Made by a program: the position numbers and the translations under genes. DNA of 64,000 nt from Patescibacteria group bacterium (GTDB lineage: Bacteria; Patescibacteriota; Microgenomatia; JAMCZE01), in NCBI GenBank assembly GCA_023380635.1, contig JAMCRP010000001.1:247911-311910 (forward strand), in the 5' to 3' direction. The notes below the pieces were generated by a model, which saw nothing but the letters and a program-made list of their open reading frames with translations, did not search any database and was not told the DNA's origin. This document shows positions 58,206 through 64,000 of this stretch, piece by piece (position 1 is the first letter of the stretch; each line of letters begins with the position of its first letter).

Positions 58206-59228
58206 CTATGAAGCGTATCTCTGGGCAGCAATATGAGCCAGCTTGCCAATAAACTGGCTGTAACTTAGCCCTGAAGCTTTAGCCGATCTTGAGGCTCCCA
58301 TCTGGGGAGAAATGTCACAATTCAGATTAACTTCCAGGAAATATGGAACTTCATCGCGGCTAAGCCGGATATCTACCCGGGCATAATCCCGACCGCCGCA
58401 GGCAAAATAAGCTTTTAGAGCCAGTTTTTCGATTTTGCGTTTTAAAGCAGCATCAATTTTTGCCGGGCAGACACCAACGGTATTGCGGAAGTATAACGAA
58501 GACTCCAGCCATTTGGCCTTAAAATCCACAAACTTCGGTTTACCGACATAAAATTTTCCAAAGACAATTTCCGAAATCGGCAATACCCGGGCTTGCGCGC
58601 CGTTTCCCATGATAGTTACATTAAATTCCCGGCCGGCGATATACTCTTCCACAAGAACCGGTTGGTTATATTTTTTTAGCAATCTTTTTACTGCCCGGCG
58701 CAGTTGTGATAAATTTTTGATAACCGATTCATTATTAATTCCCAGACTGCAATCTTCAGCTACCGGTTTAGCAAATAACGGAAACTCCAATTTCGACGGC
58801 AACTCATCAGGAACCGTTTCGAAAACTGCATAGGCGGGCGTGGGAATATTATTTTGTTCGAAAATTTTTTTAGTTAAGACCTTGTTCGTTGTTAAGATCA
58901 ACGATGAAGCATTGGCTCCCGTGTAGGGCAAACTCATCTGGTCCAGGATTTCCGGAACTTTGTGTTCGGTTTTAGGCAGATTGCCAATTCCGTCGCAAAG
59001 ATTAAAAAAAAGATCGGTCTTAATTTTGTTTAAGTCACTGATATTTTCCGGAGTTAATTCAAAAATCTCCGGTTTGTAACCATCAGAAGAAAGGGCTTTG
59101 GCAATCGCTCTGGCATCTTCCCTGCCGCCTTCTTCGGAAAGAATGGCATCTTTGTCTCCGCAGGAAAGAGAAGTAATTTCGTTATACAAAACCGTAACTT
59201 TTGCGGGCCGGACGTTTTTTTGTTTCAT
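58206..59228 (-). CDS. ddl: D-alanine--D-alanine ligase family ATP-grasp protein (paralog A)
   Basis: It has the same Ddl motifs: KPVAEDCSLGINNES, EEYIAGREFNVTIMGNG, YARVDIRLS and YFLEVNLNCDISP. It sits in tandem with 57216..58205. Confidence 0.75.
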   Translation of the reverse strand: MKQKNVRPAKVTVLYNEITSLSCGDKDAILSEEGGREDARAIAKALSSDGYKPEIFELTPENISDLNKIKTDLFFNLCDGIGNLPKTEHKVPEILDQMSLPYTGANASSLILTTNKVLTKKIFEQNNIPTPAYAVFETVPDELPSKLEFPLFAKPVAEDCSLGINNESVIKNLSQLRRAVKRLLKKYNQPVLVEEYIAGREFNVTIMGNGAQARVLPISEIVFGKFYVGKPKFVDFKAKWLESSLYFRNTVGVCPAKIDAALKRKIEKLALKAYFACGGRDYARVDIRLSRDEVPYFLEVNLNCDISPQMGASRSAKASGLSYSQFIGKLAHIAAQRYAS

Positions 59229-59298
59229 CTTTTATGGAAATTTATTGAAAACTTTTTTCAGAATAGCAGAGAAGGAAGATTTGTCAACCCTGATAAAA

Positions 59299-60648
59299 TT
59301 ATTTTTGGGGAGTAATCAATTTTCTGCCGACATATTTTTGCAGTACTTCCGGCACCGTCACCGTTCCATCGGGATTTTGGTAATTCTCCAAAATAGCGAT
59401 GATTGTTCTGGCGTTGGTTATGCCGGTGTCATTAACATTATGAACAAACTCTTTTTCTCCGTCTTTGGTGACAAATTTAGTGTTGTAGCGTCGGGCCTGG
59501 AAATCAGTTGCATCGGTGTCGCTTCCCATCTCGACAAAAGTTTTGGAGACCGGTAGCCAAACTTCAAAATCGTATTTTTTGGCTGTGGCAAAATAACCGG
59601 CGTCACCGCTACACATCAAAATAACATGATAAGGCAGCTTCAACTGTTGCAGCAGCCATTCATTTATTCCCAAAAGATAGTCCTGCATTTCTCCGGATTT
59701 TTCCGGCAAAGTCAGAGTATCCATCTCCAATTTATCAAACTGATGGACTCTTTTTATCCCCCGGACATCTTTACCCCAGGATCCAACCTCTGAACGGAAA
59801 CAGGAAGTAATGGCGAAGAACTTTTGGGGCAATTGAGTATGGTCCAAAGTTTTGTCCAGGTAGTAACCAAAAAGCGACGGCTCTGAAGAACCGACCAGGT
59901 AGAGATCGGTATTTTCTTCCACATTTTTATTTTCGATCTTATAAACCTGATCGGCGTCTCCAGGAAAATGAGAGGAACCATATAAGACCCGCCCCTTAAC
60001 TAAAAGAGGGACAACCATTGGAGTAAAACCTTCTTTAAGAAGTTTTTCTTTTAAGAGTTCAAAGACAGCGTACTGCAACAAAACCGCTTCGTTTTTCAAA
60101 TAGTAAAAACGACTGCCGGAAACCAAGGCGCTCTGTTCGGTGTCAACAATGTCTAACTCTTTTCCCAATTCCACATGGTCTTTAGCCGGAAATTTAAAAG
60201 CGGGCATCCATTTTTCGGAAGAATCTTTAAGCCCCAATTTATCTTTGGGAAAATTTCCCTCTTTTGGTGTCCAGGCTTTAATTTCCAAATTATCATCTTC
60301 GCCCTTTCCGATTGGCACATCAGGAAGAAGCATATTCGGAATCCAATCCATAACATTTTGGAAATCGGTCTCCACTTCCGCCAGTTCTTTTTCTAAAATA
60401 TCAATGCCTTCTTTGAGTTTTTTTCCTTCGTCTATTTTTTCGGGAGTGCGCTTTTTCTCGTCTTTAAGCTCTTCAGCCAAACGATTTCGGGTTGCGCGCA
60501 TTGTCTCAATTTCGACAATCAGTTTGTTTTTGCGTCCGTCCAAAAGCAGGAGTTTGTCCACATCAGCTCTCGCCGGATCAACCCGGCGGTTAATGATATT
60601 TTGCCTAACTTCTTCAGGATGTTCGCGAATATACTTAATGTCTAACAT
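59299..60648 (-). CDS. serS: serine--tRNA ligase
   Basis: The N-terminal coiled-coil arm MLDIKYIREHPEEV... precedes a class II catalytic core. The protein is 449 aa. Confidence 0.92.
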   Translation of the reverse strand: MLDIKYIREHPEEVRQNIINRRVDPARADVDKLLLLDGRKNKLIVEIETMRATRNRLAEELKDEKKRTPEKIDEGKKLKEGIDILEKELAEVETDFQNVMDWIPNMLLPDVPIGKGEDDNLEIKAWTPKEGNFPKDKLGLKDSSEKWMPAFKFPAKDHVELGKELDIVDTEQSALVSGSRFYYLKNEAVLLQYAVFELLKEKLLKEGFTPMVVPLLVKGRVLYGSSHFPGDADQVYKIENKNVEENTDLYLVGSSEPSLFGYYLDKTLDHTQLPQKFFAITSCFRSEVGSWGKDVRGIKRVHQFDKLEMDTLTLPEKSGEMQDYLLGINEWLLQQLKLPYHVILMCSGDAGYFATAKKYDFEVWLPVSKTFVEMGSDTDATDFQARRYNTKFVTKDGEKEFVHNVNDTGITNARTIIAILENYQNPDGTVTVPEVLQKYVGRKLITPQK

Positions 60649-60651
60649 AGT

Positions 60652-60684
60652 CTTAAGTATCTTAAGATACTTAAGTTACTTAAG
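60652..60684. repeat. four CTTAAG palindromic cores at exact 9-bp periodicity filling the HD-gene/serS intercistronic spacer
   Basis: cttaagtat cttaagata cttaagtta cttaag. It contains the perfect 16-nt palindrome AGTATCTTAAGATACT and starts 4 nt upstream of the serS ATG. Confidence 0.7.
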
Positions 60685-60688
60685 CAAC

Positions 60689-61255
60689 CTACAATCCAAT
60701 TTCCGGCGCGATCTCCTTCATCGCCCTCAAAGCAATTCCCACAAACTGCGGCAAAGGAATTCCCAGTTTTTCTTCACAAAGGACAATATTCTCACGCTTT
60801 GCCCCGGCGGCGAAAGATTTGGTCTTAAATTTGTCGAGAACTTTTTCGACTGTCACTCCAGACAACTTCTTATCCGGTTGCACTACCGTCGTAGCTACTA
60901 TTAAACCGGTTAATTCGTCACAGCAAAACAGGGACCATTCCATTTTGTTCTTTGGTTCTTCCCCCCGATGTGACGCACCGTGGGATTTGATACCGCTGAC
61001 AATATCTTTATCCGTTTCCCCCAGATCCTGTACCCATTTTGCCATTAAAACTGAATGGTTAGCCATATCCTCTTTTGTCTGTTCGTAATCGCCGTCGTGT
61101 AGCAATCCCACAATTCCCCAGACATCCTCATTGCCGTCGAAATGTTTTGCCAAGGCACGCATAACCGCTTCGACACTATAACAGTGTCGTCGCAGGTTTT
61201 GGTTTTGCATTTTCGAGTGGAGAAGATCCAGCGCCTGACTACGGCTGATATTCAT
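60689..61255 (-). CDS. HD/HDIG-domain phosphohydrolase
   Basis: H...HD motifs RRHCYSV...LLHDGDYE. The protein is 188 aa. Confidence 0.6.
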   Translation of the reverse strand: MNISRSQALDLLHSKMQNQNLRRHCYSVEAVMRALAKHFDGNEDVWGIVGLLHDGDYEQTKEDMANHSVLMAKWVQDLGETDKDIVSGIKSHGASHRGEEPKNKMEWSLFCCDELTGLIVATTVVQPDKKLSGVTVEKVLDKFKTKSFAAGAKRENIVLCEEKLGIPLPQFVGIALRAMKEIAPEIGL

Positions 61256-61256
61256 T

Positions 61257-62615
61257 TTATTCGGGACGCATCAGGGGAAATAACACCGCTTCCCGAACAG
61301 GAAGGTTGGCTAAGAATGCAAATAACCTTTCGCTCACTCCAAAACCGGTCACCGGCGGCATACCATATTCCAAGGCAGTTACAAAATCCCGGTCTTCCAT
61401 TTGGGCTTCCAAATCTCCTTTATTTCTCGCTTCCTGTTGTTTTTGAAATCTTTCTTCTTGGTCAAGCGGATCGTTTAGTTCAGAGTAACCATTACCCACT
61501 TCACTGCCGGCAATGATTACCTGATATCTCTCTGTCGTTTGCGGATCTTCTTCAGATCGTTTCGCCAGAGGCGAAACTGCTACCGGGTGGCCGGTCAAAA
61601 ACACCGGACCGGAAATATCTTTGCGCACCGACTTCCAAAGTTGATCAATTTCGGCTGCGTCAGTCATCTTATCCACATCTTTTCCGGTCGTTTTTTTAAT
61701 CGTTTCCCGATAATCAATTCTTCCCCACTTTTTATCCAGACTGATTTTATGGCCGTTAATCTCAAATTCCAGTTTACCAAAAGTCGTGGCGGCGACAAAT
61801 TTATACATCTTTTCAACCAATGCCATACTGTCCTCGAAGTTGGCATAAGCCCAATAAAATTCCATCTGGGTATAGTCCTGAAGATGCTCGCGTGAAAGTC
61901 CCTCATTGCGGAATTGCCGGCCAATTTCAAAAGTTTTTTCAAACCCGGCCACCATTAACCTTTTTTGCCATAGCTCTCCCATAGAAATTCGAAGAAATAA
62001 ATCGATATCTAGGGCGTCATGATGAGTTTTAAACGGATTGGCGCTGGCTCCGCCCGCCGTGGCTTCTAAAGCAGGAGTTTCTACTTCCAGAAAACCTTTG
62101 TTGATCAAAAAATCGCGCATGCTTTGCCAGAAAACCGCTTTCTTTCGAAAGAGAATCTTTAAATCGGGATTAAGAATTAGATCAAGATATCTCTGACGAA
62201 ACCTTGTTTCCTCGTCTTTAATTCCAAACCACTCGCTGGGCAGCGGTCTAAGAGATTTCGAAAGAAGCTCGTACTTTTCAACATCAATTGTGATCTCGCC
62301 GGCTTTGGTAGTCACCATTTTGCCGATTACTCCGACAAAATCGCCGATATCCAAAAGATCCAGCAACTCGTCTTTATGAAAGAGAAGCTGGATTTCTCCG
62401 CTCTCGTCGACAAGATCGGCAAAAACAATGGCGCCGTGAGCCCGAAAGGTAGTAATCCGCCCGGCAGTTTGGACTCTTTTGTCCAGCATTGTCCGGCTCT
62501 GGGCGACCGTCTGCTTTTTAGCAAATTTTGACGGGTAAGGATTTATCCCGAACGCCCTGATTTTTTCCAGTTTTTCCAGACGGACTTTCCGCAGATTTTC
62601 GATCGGTTCGGCCAT
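61257..62615 (-). CDS. lysS: lysine--tRNA ligase (class II)
   Basis: An N-terminal OB anticodon-binding domain (RITTFRAHGAIVFADL) precedes the class II core. The protein is 452 aa. Confidence 0.9.
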   Translation of the reverse strand: MAEPIENLRKVRLEKLEKIRAFGINPYPSKFAKKQTVAQSRTMLDKRVQTAGRITTFRAHGAIVFADLVDESGEIQLLFHKDELLDLLDIGDFVGVIGKMVTTKAGEITIDVEKYELLSKSLRPLPSEWFGIKDEETRFRQRYLDLILNPDLKILFRKKAVFWQSMRDFLINKGFLEVETPALEATAGGASANPFKTHHDALDIDLFLRISMGELWQKRLMVAGFEKTFEIGRQFRNEGLSREHLQDYTQMEFYWAYANFEDSMALVEKMYKFVAATTFGKLEFEINGHKISLDKKWGRIDYRETIKKTTGKDVDKMTDAAEIDQLWKSVRKDISGPVFLTGHPVAVSPLAKRSEEDPQTTERYQVIIAGSEVGNGYSELNDPLDQEERFQKQQEARNKGDLEAQMEDRDFVTALEYGMPPVTGFGVSERLFAFLANLPVREAVLFPLMRPE

Positions 62616-62637
62616 AGTAGCCTAATCTTAGCAGAGA

Positions 62638-63309
62638 CTAATAAATGTTGGTAGGGGTGGTGCCGTGGATGATGACTTGCGTACTCTCGTTAGGATCGAT
62701 GTTAGTCAGAGAATATTTACCGTCGGGAAGAGCAGGATTAGTCCAGTAAAAAAGTTTTTCCGCGTCAGGAATACTCAAATTAACACAGCCGTGCGACCGG
62801 GGCTTACCAAAATCATGATGCCAGTAAGTGCCGTGCAAACCATAGCCTTTATAAAAATATTGGACAAAAGGAACATTGGGTAAATCATAAAAAGTTCCGG
62901 CGGCCACATCCCCACCCGTCATCCGCTGAGCCTTAATTTTAGCCCAAATCCGAAAACTTCCGGTAACCGTGGGAAACCAGGGAAGGCCCGTGCTGACGGG
63001 AAATTGATAGACAACTGTGTCACCTTCATAAGCCCGCAGTGTTTGAGTTGTCAGATCGACATCAATCCATTTTGTCCCGGTGCTCGCTCCCAAAACCGGA
63101 GGAATTTGCCCAATAATTCTGGCTAATTCATCATCAGGCACGGAGACATCTTTATTAAACCAGACACCCTTGCTGGCCGTGGGATCGAGTTGACCGGAAG
63201 CATTATAAATTTCCTGAACAAAAGCTTTAGAGGTCAGTTCGGACCGGGGCCAGGTAATTGCCGCTATCAAGACAACCAGACCGACAATCAGAGGGAGAAA
63301 GCGGGCCAC
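62638..63309 (-). CDS. L,D-transpeptidase (YkuD domain) with N-terminal membrane anchor
   Basis: The catalytic motif is SHGCVNLSIPDAEKLFYW. Confidence 0.8.
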   Translation of the reverse strand: MARFLPLIVGLVVLIAAITWPRSELTSKAFVQEIYNASGQLDPTASKGVWFNKDVSVPDDELARIIGQIPPVLGASTGTKWIDVDLTTQTLRAYEGDTVVYQFPVSTGLPWFPTVTGSFRIWAKIKAQRMTGGDVAAGTFYDLPNVPFVQYFYKGYGLHGTYWHHDFGKPRSHGCVNLSIPDAEKLFYWTNPALPDGKYSLTNIDPNESTQVIIHGTTPTNIY

Positions 63310-63356
63310 GAAATTAGAATATAAACTTTTCCCGGAGGTTGCAAGAAGGAATTTTA

Positions 63357-63433
63357 TGGTAGCGCCTACCGGAGTCGAACCGGTGATTTGCTGGATGAGA
63401 ACCAGCCGTCCTGGACCACTAGACGAAGGCGCC
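63357..63433 (-). tRNA. tRNA-Glu (anticodon CUC), CCA encoded
   Basis: The minus strand reads GGCGCCU-UC-GUCU-AGUGGUCCA-GGAC-G-GCUGG-UUCUCAU-CCAGC-AAAUC-ACCGG-UUCGACU-CCGGU-AGGCGCU-A-CCA. The cloverleaf folds with a Glu-type D-arm. Confidence 0.85.
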
Positions 63434-63445
63434 GGAAATGGCTAC

Positions 63446-63473
63446 TTGACAACTTTATGTATCAGGCTATAAT
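63446..63473 (+). promoter_or_regulatory. near-consensus sigma70-type promoter upstream of greA
   Basis: TTGACA-N16-TATAAT (ttgaca actttatgtatcaggc tataat) lies about 80 nt upstream of the greA ATG. Confidence 0.5.
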
Positions 63474-63552
63474 AGCACAGCTACGCTAATTTGAACAGGT
63501 TCAGCCGCCTCGTTTTGGCTGGCCTTTTTGTTTTATAGAATACTTTTTTATT

Positions 63553-64000
63553 ATGAAAAACGACACTTTTGTGGTCACCGCCGAAGGTTTAGAGGCCCTC
63601 AAAAAAGAGCTTGACGAACTGAAAAATGTCAAACTTCCTGAGGTGATTGCCCGTGTGTCAAAAGCCCGGGAAGACGGAGATCTTTCAGAAAACAGCGCCT
63701 ACCAATTTGGTAAACAGGAGCAGGAATTTCTAGAAGGCCGGGTCGACGAGTTGGAAGACATTATTTCCAAGGCAGTCATGGCTGGGAAATCCAGCGCTAA
63801 GGGCGCGGTTGATGTCGGCTGTAAAGTTACGGTCACAATTAGCGGCAAAAGGCAAACTTTTAGCATCGTGGGTGATTGGGAAGCTAAACCAGCCGAGAAG
63901 AAAATTTCCGGCAGTTCCCCCCTAGGAAAAGCATTATTGGGTAAAAAGGTAGGCGAAAAGGCCGAAGTTGACGCCCCTGCCGGCAAACTCACCTATACTA
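63553..64000 (+). CDS. greA: transcription elongation factor GreA (partial, runs off window end)
   Basis: My own translation is MKNDTFVVTAEGLEALKKELDELKNVKLPEVIARVSKAREDGDLSENSAYQFGKQEQEFLEGRVDELEDII..., the GreA N-terminal coiled coil. Confidence 0.88.
   Translation, partial: MKNDTFVVTAEGLEALKKELDELKNVKLPEVIARVSKAREDGDLSENSAYQFGKQEQEFLEGRVDELEDIISKAVMAGKSSAKGAVDVGCKVTVTISGKRQTFSIVGDWEAKPAEKKISGSSPLGKALLGKKVGEKAEVDAPAGKLTYT

Noticed and set aside
59229-59298. Possible T-box/leader upstream of lysS-HD-serS or aspS
   Set aside because: The spacers upstream of these tRNA ligase genes are 40-200 nt, too short for a T-box riboswitch of about 250 nt. I saw no specifier-loop or T-box consensus (AATTAGGGTGGNACCGCG).
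60140-60904. 254-aa plus-strand Ser-rich ORF
   Set aside because: It is antisense to serS and the HD gene. Its low-complexity Ser/Leu composition is typical of the reverse frame of an AT-moderate coding region.
63699-63992. 97-aa minus-strand ORF
   Set aside because: It is antisense to greA, whose translation is canonical.
1-64000. Searched for CRISPR arrays, IS/transposase or integrase genes, reverse transcriptases (DGR/retron) and toxin-antitoxin pairs
   Set aside because: I found no regularly spaced direct repeats with unique spacers, no transposase-, integrase- or RT-like ORFs, and no inverted-repeat-bounded elements. The window appears to be core chromosome rather than a mobile or defence island.

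Overview
This 64-kb window comes from a compact, gene-dense bacterial genome. Both strands are coded, and many neighbouring genes overlap by 4 nt (ATGA/GTGA). Intergenic spacers are short and few genes have a clear Shine-Dalgarno sequence. The gene content (many GT39/PMT-like and GT2 paralogs, a reduced RNase P RNA, a minimal housekeeping set) suggests a reduced-genome Patescibacteria/CPR-like organism. That is an inference, not something I can demonstrate from sequence alone.

Region 1-21 kb is one large cell-envelope glycosylation island in three adjacent transcription units. It holds five GT2 polyprenol-phosphate-sugar synthase-like genes, four GT39/PMT_2-like GT-C membrane glycosyltransferases, two paralogous PTPS-related membrane proteins, a YfhO gene, a DUF2029-like membrane protein, GtrA, a Wzx-like flippase and a Zn-ribbon SAM methyltransferase. 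Two genes in the plus-strand operon (an exported hypothetical protein and yfhO) appear to be split by +1 frame changes. Two of the membrane glycosyltransferase genes carry 7-nt tandem repeats.

Region 21.6-27.1 kb is a six-gene minus-strand operon. It encodes an archaeal/eukaryal-type signal peptidase SipW, two TasA/camelysin-like proteins, an 808-aa secreted protein with a SipW-cognate signal peptide plus a lamin-tail domain, a CAP/SCP-domain protein and a small membrane protein.

The rest is mostly housekeeping: trmD, tsaE-tsaB, D-Ala-D-Ala carboxypeptidase, aspS, recJ, cca, secDF, a wHTH regulator, a DUF3048 protein, a 47-aa zinc-ribbon protein, a SurA-N-like chaperone, yifB/comM, a ~310-nt RNase P RNA (not in the ORF track; it overlaps a spurious listed ORF), an AI-2E transporter, ftsE-ftsX with a PcsB-like coiled-coil hydrolase, prfB without the programmed frameshift, a DsbA-like protein, a P-type ATPase, PAP2, mpg, prmC, secA, two tandem ddl-family paralogs, serS (preceded by a striking 9-bp-periodic CTTAAG repeat), an HD hydrolase, lysS, an L,D-transpeptidase, tRNA-Glu(CUC) and a partial greA.
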